A DNA stretch of 47,942 bases from Actinomycetes bacterium (lineage in GTDB: Bacteria > Actinomycetota > Actinomycetes > JAJZTN01): contig JAJZTN010000002.1 of NCBI GenBank assembly GCA_021848885.1, forward strand, positions 1 to 47,942, read 5' to 3'. The notes beneath the pieces are model-generated. The model was not told the origin of the DNA and made no database searches. It saw nothing but the letters and a program-made list of their open reading frames with translations. This document shows positions 10,532 to 18,844 of the stretch, one piece after another (the stretch's first letter is position 1; the number at the start of each line of letters is the position of its first letter). A program made the position numbers and the translations under genes.

Positions 10532-11278
10532 TCAGCGGGCCAGGTCGGTGACCAAGAGGCCGGCGTGGACGCGGTAGCGCCGGTTGACCGCGATGAGGTT
10601 GGCCGTCAGCGCCTCCAGCGCGGCGGCGGTGCGCAGCCGCCCGGCGTAGATGCCGCGCATGCCCGGGATCCGCCCCGCAAGCGCCGCCACGGTGTCGGTG
10701 GCCGACCGGTCGTCACCGACCACCATGACGTCGCCGACCACCCGCTCGAGCGTCAGGTCGAGCAGCATCACCGCCGAGACGTGGTGGAAGGCAGCGACCA
10801 CCCGGGTGTCTGGCAGCAGGGCGGCCGCCTGCTGAGCGGCACTTCCTTCCGGGACCGCAAGCGGATAGGCGCCGCGCTCGTCGAAGCCGAGCGGGTTGAC
10901 GCAGTCGACGAGGATCTTGCCGGCCAGCGATCGGGCCAGTCCGGCGAGCAGCTGGGCATGCCCGGCGTAGGGCACCGCCGCGATCACCAGGTCCGCTGCG
11001 GCAGCCACCGCGTCGTTGGCCTCACCGACCACACCCGACCCCAGCTCGGCGGCGGCCGCTGCGGCCCGCCCGCCATCCCGAGAACCGATCAGCACCCGCT
11101 GCCCGGCGCGGGCCAGCCGCAGCCCCAGGCCGCGACCCTGCTCGCCGGTCCCGCCCAGGATCCCCACGACCAGCCCCGCCACATCGGGCAGCAGCCAAGG
11201 GTCCAGGCGAGCCGCGCCGGCAGCGCCCGAGCCTGCTGAGGAGCCTGGGGCGGGTTGCTCAGATCCGGTGACGCTCAC
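10532..11278 (-). CDS. npdG: NADPH-dependent F420 reductase (NpdG-like)
   Basis: Rossmann motif ILGGTGEQGRGLGLRLARAGQRVLIGSRD. A GTG at 11278 preceded by AAGGA was chosen. The tracked ATG 11317 and a later GTG are alternatives. Confidence 0.78.
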   Translation of the reverse strand: MSVTGSEQPAPGSSAGSGAAGAARLDPWLLPDVAGLVVGILGGTGEQGRGLGLRLARAGQRVLIGSRDGGRAAAAAAELGSGVVGEANDAVAAAADLVIAAVPYAGHAQLLAGLARSLAGKILVDCVNPLGFDERGAYPLAVPEGSAAQQAAALLPDTRVVAAFHHVSAVMLLDLTLERVVGDVMVVGDDRSATDTVAALAGRIPGMRGIYAGRLRTAAALEALTANLIAVNRRYRVHAGLLVTDLAR

Positions 11279-12004
11279 GTGCTGATCCTTCCAGCGCCCC
11301 GGCCGGTGCGGCACCATGGGCCCGTGGACGCCTCCCGGGTCGCGATCTTGCGCCAGCTGCTGGCCGGCAGCGGCTGGGTGGAGCGGGCCGGTGAGTTCGC
11401 CTCGACGCTGCGCCGCTCAGCGCGCCCCGGCGGGCTCCTGCTGGTCGGCACACCGGAGGAAGAGCCCTGGCACCTGGCCGCCCACCTGTCCGACGAGTCG
11501 CGATATGCCGGGCTTCCCGAGCTCGAGCCGACCCTGGTGCGCTGGAACCCCCCACTCGGTGCGCCAGCGCACCTGTCGGTCGGGTTGGCCCGGCTGGAGG
11601 CCACCGAGCGGGGGGAGACGCTGTTCGTGGTGGCCCCGCAGGCCGCGCCGGTGCCGCTGCTGGAGCGCATCGACGACGCCCGCCGGATCGGGGCCACCAT
11701 CCTGAGCCTGCACGCCGGTGACCGTGAGCTGGCGGGGTTGTCCCACGAGTTCCTCACCGTGCCCGGTGTGGGAGCGACCCGCCAGACCAGCTTCGGGCTG
11801 CACGTTCCCGCCGCGGCGCTGCAGGAGAGCATGCCCGAGCTCGACGGGGAGATCCTTTCGATGGAGGTCGTGCAGCACCTGGTGAGCTCGGCGGCCGCCG
11901 ATGACCCGAGCGGCCCCCCCGGGAGGGCTCGAGGTGGGCTGCGCGAGCGTCTTGCCCGGCTGCTGGACCTGGTCAGCGGGCCCACGCCGTCGGACTACCG
12001 GTGA
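11255..12004 (+). CDS. Hypothetical protein (start uncertain: TTG 11255, GTG 11279, 11306 or 11324)
   Basis: Long ORF with high G/C third positions, divergent from npdG. No family recognised. Confidence 0.55.
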   Translation: MLRSGDAHVLILPAPRPVRHHGPVDASRVAILRQLLAGSGWVERAGEFASTLRRSARPGGLLLVGTPEEEPWHLAAHLSDESRYAGLPELEPTLVRWNPPLGAPAHLSVGLARLEATERGETLFVVAPQAAPVPLLERIDDARRIGATILSLHAGDRELAGLSHEFLTVPGVGATRQTSFGLHVPAAALQESMPELDGEILSMEVVQHLVSSAAADDPSGPPGRARGGLRERLARLLDLVSGPTPSDYR

Positions 12005-12052
12005 AGCCAACCGCCTGCCGGTGAAACCCACCGGCGCGCGGGGCGGCGCCGC

Positions 12053-12295
12053 TCAGCGCCCCTCGTCGTGCTTCTCGTCGCGCCCCTGGCCGCGCCGCTC
12101 GCTGTGCTTCTCGTCGCACCCCTCGTCCCACTCCCGGTCGGCGGCCTCCCACTCCTCGTTGCGCTGCTGCGCCCGCCGCAGCGCCGTGGCGGCCTGCTCC
12201 GGGCTGTCGTAGGGCCCGAGCCGCTCGGTGTTCGGGCAGCCGGCGTCGGGCTCGACCCGGCCGTGCCGCAAGCACCACCACCATCTCGGCTGCAT
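12053..12295 (-). CDS. Small conserved actinobacterial protein (Cys-containing N-terminus, acidic tail)
   Basis: 80-aa [38 protein letters not shown]... divergent from map. Resembles small proteins commonly found next to map in actinobacteria (from memory). Confidence 0.55.
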   Translation of the reverse strand: MQPRWWWCLRHGRVEPDAGCPNTERLGPYDSPEQAATALRRAQQRNEEWEAADREWDEGCDEKHSERRGQGRDEKHDEGR

Positions 12296-12361
12296 CCGCC
12301 GGGCTCCCTCCGTGCCCCGCCCACGAGCGCCGGGTCGGCGGCGCTGGCAGACTGCGGGGCC

Positions 12362-13210
12362 ATGGCTTCGCTGGTACCCGGCACCCTTTCACCGACTCGA
12401 GCCGTGCCGCAGCACATCCCCCGACCGTCGTACGTTGGAAGGGATCGCCCCGAGCCGTTCACCGGCTCGGAGGTCAAGGACGCCGAGACGATCGAGCGGA
12501 TGCGGGAGGCGTGCCGGCTGGCGGCTCGGGCCCTGGTGGAGGTCGCCGGGCACATCGCCCCGGGGGTGAGCACGGACGAGCTCGACCGGGTGGGGCACGA
12601 GTTCCTCTGCGACCACGGTGCCTACCCCTCCACGCTGGGCTACCGCGGCTTCCCGAAGTCGCTGTGCACCTCGGTCAACGAGGTGATCTGCCACGGCATC
12701 CCGGACTCGACCGTGCTGCGGGACGGGGACATCGTCAACGTCGACATCACCGCCTACCTCGACGGGGTGCACGGGGACACGGATGCGACCTACCTGGTCG
12801 GGCAGGTCGATGAGGTCACACGCCTGCTGGTGGAGCGCACCCACGAGGCGATGATGCGCGGGATCCGTGCGGTGGCGCCGGGTCGGCAGATCAACGTCGT
12901 CGGCCGGGTTATCGAGGCCTACGCGCGACGCTTCGGCTACGGCGTGGTGCGCGAGTTCACCGGCCACGGGATCGGCACGTCGTTCCACTCCGGTCTCGTC
13001 GTGCCGCACTACGACGACCCGCACTACGACACGGTGATCGAGCCGGGGATGACCTTCACGGTCGAGCCGATGCTGACCCTGGGCGCGGCGGACTGGCAGA
13101 TGTGGTCGGACGGCTGGACCGTGGTGACCCGGGACGGCTCTGCCAGCGCGCAGTTCGAGCACACCGTGCTGGTCACCGACTCGGGGGCGGAGATCCTCAC
13201 GCTGCCGTGA
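12362..13210 (+). CDS. map: Type I methionine aminopeptidase
   Basis: Motifs VCHGIPD...DIVNVDIT...GDTDATY...GHGIG...EPM...[11 protein letters not shown] at 12362; the tracked upstream extension was rejected. Confidence 0.95.
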   Translation: MASLVPGTLSPTRAVPQHIPRPSYVGRDRPEPFTGSEVKDAETIERMREACRLAARALVEVAGHIAPGVSTDELDRVGHEFLCDHGAYPSTLGYRGFPKSLCTSVNEVICHGIPDSTVLRDGDIVNVDITAYLDGVHGDTDATYLVGQVDEVTRLLVERTHEAMMRGIRAVAPGRQINVVGRVIEAYARRFGYGVVREFTGHGIGTSFHSGLVVPHYDDPHYDTVIEPGMTFTVEPMLTLGAADWQMWSDGWTVVTRDGSASAQFEHTVLVTDSGAEILTLP

Positions 13211-13260
13211 CGCACACCGACCGGACTGCCCCGTGCCGCGCCCCGTTGTGACGCGCCCGG

Positions 13261-14310
13261 CTAGCGCCACGCCACCGCGAGAACCCGGTCGGAGAAGGTC
13301 GGTGTCTCCCCGCCGAGCAGCATCAACCGGCTGCCCACGGTGACGTAGCCGGCGTCGGCGATCGGGGTGGGCAGGTGCCCGAGCGTGCTGGTCTGCCCGG
13401 TGCGCAGGTTCAGCCACGAGATGAGGTCGCTTATCCCGCTGTCGGTCCGCCCCCCGGCGACCAGCAGCCCACCGTCGACAAAGGCCGCCGCGGCGTGACC
13501 GATGGCGTAGGGCAACCGGGCGACCACCCGGGCGGTGCGCCTGGCCAGGTCGACCTGCTGAACGACGTTGACCTGGTGACCGGAGACCTCGCCGCCCACC
13601 ACCCAGACGATGTCGCCGTCGGCGACCACGGCCGGGTAGCGCACCGGCTCGGGCAGTGCCGCGACCGTGGAGAAGCCACGCCCGTCGCGGCTCAGCAGCA
13701 CCGGGGCCGCCAGGGTGGTCCCGTCGTACCCGCCGACCACCACGACACCTCGGGACGTGCTGAGGGCGGCGACGTCGGCGCGCGCCACGGGCAGCTGCCC
13801 GACCACCGCGCTCGCCCCGGGGGGCCCGACCCGCTGCACGTAGCCGTACACCGACGATCGCCCGCCACCGATGGCCAGCAGGTTGCCACCGAGGACGGCT
13901 CCGGCGACGTCGTGCACGGCGTGCGGCAACGGGGACAGCGCGGTGACGGTGCCGGTGGCCGGGTCGATCCGCCAGGTGCGATCGACCGAGACATCGCCGG
14001 GGGTGAGGCCACCGGCGATGACAACCGATCCCGAGACCACCCCAGCGGCCTCCCGAGAGACAGCTGCCCGCAGCCGCCACGGCAGGGCAGAGGTGGTCAG
14101 GGTCGGCGGCCCGGTCGGCGCCGAGTGCGGCATGGTCGGCGGCCCGGTCGGCGCCGACGCTCCTGCGGTGGCAGGCGGGGATGTCGAGGCGGCCGGGCTG
14201 GCCAGCGCACTCGGGCTCTGCGAGCCGCACCCGGCCAGCACCAGCCCCGCCGCGGTCAGGCCCAGCAGCAGGCGTACCGGCGCTCCGGCGCGCACGCGCA
14301 GCAGGCGCAC
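13261..14310 (-). CDS. Kelch-repeat beta-propeller lipoprotein
   Basis: GTG 14310 preceded by GAAGGAGG. Signal peptide with lipobox LVLAGC. Repeated ...GG...G....V...D motifs typical of Kelch blades. Confidence 0.72.
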   Translation of the reverse strand: MRLLRVRAGAPVRLLLGLTAAGLVLAGCGSQSPSALASPAASTSPPATAGASAPTGPPTMPHSAPTGPPTLTTSALPWRLRAAVSREAAGVVSGSVVIAGGLTPGDVSVDRTWRIDPATGTVTALSPLPHAVHDVAGAVLGGNLLAIGGGRSSVYGYVQRVGPPGASAVVGQLPVARADVAALSTSRGVVVVGGYDGTTLAAPVLLSRDGRGFSTVAALPEPVRYPAVVADGDIVWVVGGEVSGHQVNVVQQVDLARRTARVVARLPYAIGHAAAAFVDGGLLVAGGRTDSGISDLISWLNLRTGQTSTLGHLPTPIADAGYVTVGSRLMLLGGETPTFSDRVLAVAWR

Positions 14311-14374
14311 CTGTCCTCCTTCATGACGGTGATCGGCTGGTCGAGGCCCGACCGGCCAGCGGTCGGGCTCGGGC

Positions 14375-14599
14375 TCAGTGCGGCCCGGAGTCCTCCACGT
14401 AGTGCCGGCTACCCTCCCGCGGGTCGACCCACACTCGCATCCGGCGTCCCGTGGTCGGGTCGATGAACACCTCGTCGGTGGGCTGGCACTGCCGCGAGGC
14501 GGATGGCTGCTCGCCGTGCCGGCGTACGAAGAAACTCGCGATGACCGCAACGAGTGCCGCGGCGCCGATGAGCAGGTAGACGAGCAGGAGCAGGCTCAC
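14375..14599 (-). CDS. Small single-pass membrane protein
   Basis: 74 aa with an N-terminal TM helix and high G/C third positions. GTG start overlaps the ybjQ-like stop (GTGA). Confidence 0.65.
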   Translation of the reverse strand: MSLLLLVYLLIGAAALVAVIASFFVRRHGEQPSASRQCQPTDEVFIDPTTGRRMRVWVDPREGSRHYVEDSGPH

Positions 14600-14982
14600 A
14601 AACCCTCGTCCGGTGCGACGACGACCGCGGTGCCGTAGGCGACGATCTCGGTGAGGCTCTGCCCGATCTCGCTGGAGTCGAAGCGCATGCCGACCACCGC
14701 GTTGGCGCCCAGCGCCTGCGCGTTGCGCACCATCCGGTCCAGGGCGTGCCGGCGGGAGTCCTCGAGCAGCTCGGTGTACTGGCAGACCTCGCCGCCGGCC
14801 AGAGACTTGAAGGCCGCGCCGATGCCCTTGGCGAAGCCCATGCTGCGCACCACAACGCCGAAGCAGCCGCCGCAGTAGCGGGTGATGTGCTGACCGGGCA
14901 CGTCGAAGGTCGTGCTCACCGCGACCGGCCAGCCGGTGGTGGTGGTCCGGGCCGGGTCAGGGGCAACGGAGTAGTCAGTCAT
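14596..14982 (-). CDS. YbjQ/UPF0145 family protein
   Basis: Characteristic YbjQ sequence ...VVRSMGFAKGIGAAFKSLAGGE...ALGANAVVGMRFD...AYGTAVV. Confidence 0.88.
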   Translation of the reverse strand: MTDYSVAPDPARTTTTGWPVAVSTTFDVPGQHITRYCGGCFGVVVRSMGFAKGIGAAFKSLAGGEVCQYTELLEDSRRHALDRMVRNAQALGANAVVGMRFDSSEIGQSLTEIVAYGTAVVVAPDEGL

Positions 14983-15378
14983 GCCGGGAGGCTAGCCGCT
15001 CGATCAGCGCGGCCAGACCCAGCACGGTGCGCTCTGCCCCGCCGGCTGCGGCGAGCTGGACCGACAGCGGGGTGCCCACCTGTGGGTGCACGCCGACCGT
15101 AATCGGGGGGATGGCCGACACCGGACTGAGGTAGACGTCGACGGCGGCGAAGAAGTCCTGCACCCGCGCCGCAAAGGACTGCACGGCTGCGTCCCGGACC
15201 AGGTTTCGCTCGCGGACAGCGTCGCCGAGCCGGACGTGCGCGCGCACCGCGCGGCCATCACCGCCAGCAGGGCGGCAGCATCGGCCAGCACCGCCGCGAT
15301 CTGCACGATGCCGTCGCTGCGACGGGAGACTTCGGCTGCCCCGCCCCGGTGCGCGTCGGTCGTCCCGACATCGGTCAT
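14975..15378 (-). pseudogene. Frameshifted remnant resembling the C-terminal part of an amidase-signature enzyme
   Basis: ATG 15378 opens a well-biased frame (MTDVGTTDAHRGG...AAVLADAAALLAVMAA). Near 15240-15260 the plausible coding signal moves to another frame. That frame ends ...DVYLSPVSAIPPITVGVHPQVGTPLSVQLAAAGGAERTVLGLAALIERL at TGA 14977-14975, which reads like an amidase C-terminus. Confidence 0.4.
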
Positions 15379-15402
15379 GTCGCGACGACACGGCGCACGA
15401 GC

Positions 15403-16443
15403 TCACCCCGGGCGCTCGACGAGGTCGCTGGGGTCCGTGTTCGCCCCGCACAGCACGACGGCGACGCGCTCGCCGGGGGCCGGCCGGTAGCCGTAGCCGG
15501 GCCGTTTCCCGGGCGGGCCCTCGGCAGGGCCAGCGGGCGGGCCCTCGGCAGGGCCAGCGCTGACGCGCAGCGCGGCCAGCGCCGTGGCGGCACCGTGCTC
15601 GACCACCAGTCGCCGGGAGTCCCACAGCTGCTGACGTGCCGCGATGATCGCGGCGTCGGGGACCAGCACCGACACCACGTCGCCCTGCCGGGCGGCCTGG
15701 ATGGCCATCACGGTGGCGCGCCGGGCGCCGAGGGAGTCTGCCGCAATCGACTCGACCGGGACGTCGACCGGATGACCGGCCCGCAGTGCCGCTGCCAGGG
15801 CGGCGCAGCCCTCCGGCTCCACCGCGACGACCCGCACCCCGTGGCTCGCGGCCGCGGTGGCGACCCCGGCGAGCAGGCCGCCACCGCCGACCGCCACCAC
15901 GACGGTGTCCAGCTCCGGCAACGCGGCGTGGATCTCCTCCATCAGCGTGCCGGCGCCGGCGGCGATGAGCGGGTCGTCGTACGCGTGGCTGGCCAGCGCC
16001 CCGGAGCGCTCGGCGAAGTCCTGGCAGGCGGCCAGCGCCTCGGCGTACTCCGACCCGACCAGGCGCACCTGCGCCCCGTAGCCGCGCAGCCGGGCGACCT
16101 TGACCTGCGGCGCGGTCTGCGGCAGGAAGACCGTGGCGTGGCTGCCGAGCTGACCGGCAGCCCAGGCACAGGCCAGCCCCGCGTTGCCGCCCGAGGCGAT
16201 GGTGACCCCGGCCTCCCCCAGCCGGCCGGCCTGCTGGTTGGCCAGCAGGAAGTTCAGCGCACCGCGAGCCTTGAACGACCCGGTGAACTGCATGAACTCC
16301 AGAGCCAGCCACAGCTCGTGGTCGGTCTCGGTGCCGGCCAGCCCGAGGTCGAGGCCGTCACCGCGGGTGAGCGTGACTGGGCGGACCGAGCCAATGACCC
16401 GTTCCCGAGCGGCGAGGACATCTGCATGGCTGAGCTCGGACAT
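15403..16443 (-). CDS. PLP-dependent serine/threonine dehydratase family protein
   Basis: PLP-lysine motif GSFKARGALN and glycine loop GGNAGLA...VGGGGL. The C-terminal region contains an in-frame 24-bp duplication. Confidence 0.87.
   Translation of the reverse strand: MSELSHADVLAARERVIGSVRPVTLTRGDGLDLGLAGTETDHELWLALEFMQFTGSFKARGALNFLLANQQAGRLGEAGVTIASGGNAGLACAWAAGQLGSHATVFLPQTAPQVKVARLRGYGAQVRLVGSEYAEALAACQDFAERSGALASHAYDDPLIAAGAGTLMEEIHAALPELDTVVVAVGGGGLLAGVATAAASHGVRVVAVEPEGCAALAAALRAGHPVDVPVESIAADSLGARRATVMAIQAARQGDVVSVLVPDAAIIAARQQLWDSRRLVVEHGAATALAALRVSAGPAEGPPAGPAEGPPGKRPGYGYRPAPGERVAVVLCGANTDPSDLVERPG
15511..15558. repeat. Perfect 24-bp tandem duplication inside the dehydratase CDS
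   Basis: gggcgggccctcggcagggccagc at 15511-15534 is repeated exactly at 15535-15558, giving GPAEGPPA-GPAEGPPG in the protein. Confidence 0.95.
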
Positions 16444-16486
16444 GGCGACTCCATCGATGCGGCAGGTGATGCGGCGGGCTCAGCCG

Positions 16487-16582
16487 CACCCGGTGGCGCA
16501 CCCGGTGGCGCACCCGGTGGCGCAGCTGCCGGCGCAGCTGCCGGCGCAGCTGCCGGCGCAGCTGCCGGCGCAGCTGCCGGCC
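16487..16582. repeat. Compound 12-bp minisatellite: (cacccggtggcg)x3 then (cagctgccggcg)x5
   Basis: Read directly. A units start at 16487, 16499 and 16511. B units start at 16523, 16535, 16547, 16559 and 16571 (last unit ends cc). Intergenic, upstream of the dehydratase start. Confidence 0.95.
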
Positions 16583-16758
16583 GATGCTAGACGAGTGATC
16601 AAGCGGTTCGGCCCGGCACTCTTGGCATTGCGCAATGTGGCTGGACCAGTGGTTTGCATCCTTCAAGATCGCCCGGGCCATCGTGGGGCTGACACGGCTT
16701 TGATCTTGGTCACCGGAAGGCGGTTGCGGAGGTCGGCGGGCGATATCATAATGCAAGC

Positions 16759-16989
16759 ATGGCAAACGTGTTGGTGCGCGGTCTTCCCGACGACGTGCAC
16801 GAGGCGCTGCAGCTGCGCGCTGCGCGCAACGGACAGTCGCTACAGCAGTACCTCGTCCTCGAGCTGGCGCGGTTGGCGAAGCGGCCGACGCTGGACGACC
16901 TGCTCGACCGCATCGACAAGCGCCGCGGCGGCCGAGTGGGTCTGCGGCGGGCGGCCAAGGACCTCGCCGCCGAACGCGCCGAACGGTGA
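16759..16989 (+). CDS. vapB: VapB/FitA-like ribbon-helix-helix antitoxin
   Basis: MANVLVRGLPDDVHEALQLRAARNGQSLQQYL... is the typical Arc/FitA-type antitoxin N-terminus. Its stop overlaps the vapC GTG (GTGA). CATAAT lies just upstream of the ATG. Confidence 0.85.
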   Translation: MANVLVRGLPDDVHEALQLRAARNGQSLQQYLVLELARLAKRPTLDDLLDRIDKRRGGRVGLRRAAKDLAAERAER

Positions 16990-17378
16990 TCGTTGTCGAC
17001 GCGTCGGTCCTGGCGAACGTCTTGGCCGACGACGGAAATGACGGCCGTCGCGCTCGCACGGAGCTACGCCAGGCTGGCGAGGTGTCGGCTCCGGATCTCG
17101 TCGACGTCGAGACGGTCGCCGTCCTGCGCAAGCGATGGTTGGCGAAGTCGCTCACGGCTCACCGGTTCGCGACCGCTGTCGCGGACCTGCAAGCCCTCGA
17201 CGTACAACGGTTTCCAGCGCTGCCGTTCATGCGGCGGGCGTACGAACTTCGGGCCAACGTGACGCCGTACGACGCCGTCTACGTCGCTCTGGCCGAGGCA
17301 TTGGAGTGCGAGCTGGTCACGACGGATGCGCGGTTGGCAAAGGCCTCCGGACCACGGTGCGCCATCAGAGTGCTGTAG
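16986..17378 (+). CDS. vapC: VapC PIN-domain ribonuclease toxin
   Basis: PIN acidic residues in context (MIVVDASV...APDLVDVE...YDAVYVALAE...VTTD). Confidence 0.9.
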   Translation: MIVVDASVLANVLADDGNDGRRARTELRQAGEVSAPDLVDVETVAVLRKRWLAKSLTAHRFATAVADLQALDVQRFPALPFMRRAYELRANVTPYDAVYVALAEALECELVTTDARLAKASGPRCAIRVL

Positions 17379-17449
17379 CCGCAGCCCAGTCGCGGTCAGC
17401 CTTCGACGACCACTCCCCCGCTGTAGCTGCCACTGGTGACCCGAACGAG

Positions 17450-17585
17450 TGACGTTCCGCACTTCTCGATGACGTCTAGGCCCCCACGTGGCGCGGCCCG
17501 CGTTCGACGGTGCACTCGCCGGTGTGACGCGTTCCCGGTGGGGGACCTGGGCGCGAATATCGCCCGGCAGAAGTGCGGAACGTCA
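17450..17585. repeat. Perfect 17-bp inverted repeat pair enclosing about 100 bp
   Basis: TGACGTTCCGCACTTCT at 17450-17466 and its exact reverse complement at 17569-17585. A nested CCCCCAC/GTGGGGG pair lies inside. Confidence 0.85.
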
Positions 17586-17629
17586 GCCATTTCGGTCCCT
17601 TGGGCCGCGAGGGGTCACCAGGCGGGGGA

Positions 17630-18002
17630 CGAGTCGGCCTGTAAGCCGGGTTCTGTCCTGGCGCCACGTCACCGCGACGCCAGGGGCGGCCATCCATCTG
17701 GGGTCACCGTCACCGGTGACCTCTAGCGGCCTACCCGGGAGCTCGGGCGGGCAGCCCTCGAGCACTCCCTGCGTGGCCTTGCTCCGGGTGGGGTTTGCCG
17801 AGCCGCCCGGGTCACCCCGGGCGCTGGTGGTCTCTTACACCACCGTTTCACCCTTACCGCGCCCGCATGCGGGCGCGGCGGTCTACTTTCTGTGGCACTG
17901 TCCCGCGGGTCACCCCGGGTGGGTGTTGCCCACCACCCTGCCCTGTGGAGCCCGGACTTTCCTCGACGCGGTCTCCCGCGCCGCGGCCGCCCGGCCGACT
18001 CG
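17630..18002 (-). ncRNA. rnpB: RNase P RNA, bacterial type A
   Basis: Minus strand carries the universal GAGGAAAGTCCGGGCTCCACAGGGCA core and the 3' ACAGAACCCGGCTTACAGGCCGACTCG. P1 pairing is CGAGTCGGCC / GGCCGACTCG. Ends are approximate, within about 5 nt. Confidence 0.93.
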
Positions 18003-18048
18003 TCCACCCTCAGGCTACCGCGCTCGCCGGCGACCTTAGGCTCCCCTG

Positions 18049-18825
18049 GTGCTCATCCTGCTACCGCCGTCGGAGCGCAAGACGCCTGCTCGGCGCGGGG
18101 CCCCGGTCGACCTGGCCGGACTGTCCTTCCCGGCACTGACCGAGACCCGCGCCGCGGTGCTGGAAACCCTGGTCCGGCTGTGCCGGGACCAGCCGGCGGC
18201 AGCCGCGGCCGCACTCGGGCTGGGCTCCGGCCACGAGCAGGCACTGGCGGGCAACGCGGCGCTGCTGCGCGCCCCCGCGGTGGCGGTCGAGCGGCTCTAC
18301 TGCGGGGTGCTCTACGACGCCCTCGACCTGGCGGGCCTGCAGGGGGTGGCCCGCCGCCGGGCCCGCGCCTGGCTTGTCGTGATCAGCGGCGCGTGGGGGG
18401 CGCTGCGCCCCACCGACCGGGTGCCGGCGTACAAGCTGCCCATCGACGCGCGGCTGCCCGGCCTGCCGCCGCTGGGTGCGCTGTGGCGGCCCGGACTGGC
18501 CGAGGTGCTGCCGGACGCGGCCGGTGACGGACTGGTGGTCGACATGCGCTCCAGCGGTTACGTCGGAGCCTGGCCTCCGGCCGGGGAGCTGGCCCGGCGC
18601 ACCGTGGCGGTGCGGGTGCTGCGCGAACGGGAGGGCACGCGCAGCGTGGTCAGCCACATGGCCAAGCACTACCGAGGACTGCTGGCCCGCCACCTGCTCG
18701 ACGGGCCGAGCCCACCGACCGACCCCGTGGGGCTCGCCGAGCGTGCCGCCCAGCGCTGGCGGGTCGAGCTGGTCGAGCCGCCTGGCCCGCGCCCGCGGGT
18801 GCTCAACCTCGTCGTGGACGACTAG
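18049..18825 (+). CDS. yaaA: Peroxide stress protein YaaA (DUF328/UPF0246)
   Basis: N-terminus MLILLPPSERK... and overall length fit the YaaA family. GTG start at 18049. Confidence 0.85.
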   Translation: MLILLPPSERKTPARRGAPVDLAGLSFPALTETRAAVLETLVRLCRDQPAAAAAALGLGSGHEQALAGNAALLRAPAVAVERLYCGVLYDALDLAGLQGVARRRARAWLVVISGAWGALRPTDRVPAYKLPIDARLPGLPPLGALWRPGLAEVLPDAAGDGLVVDMRSSGYVGAWPPAGELARRTVAVRVLREREGTRSVVSHMAKHYRGLLARHLLDGPSPPTDPVGLAERAAQRWRVELVEPPGPRPRVLNLVVDD

Positions 18826-18844
18826 TGCCTCGCGGCGTCCTCAG

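Noticed and set aside
11276-11281. CACGTG where the npdG GTG (minus) and a GTG of the divergent hypothetical gene (plus) would touch back to back
   Set aside because: Start-codon choice for both genes is uncertain and several alternatives exist. There is not enough evidence to call this a real zero-spacer divergent pair.
16487-16582. Possible CRISPR array
   Set aside because: The units are 12 bp and directly abutting with no spacers. No cas genes occur in the window.
16457-17041. ORF encoding MRQVMRRAQP(HPVA)3(QLPA)5..., and the alternative (APGG)3(AAAG)5 peptide ending at 16590
   Set aside because: The first frame has no stop until 17041 and would overlap vapB out of frame. The second has poor third-position bias and starts antisense to the dehydratase start. 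I treat the array as non-coding minisatellite DNA.
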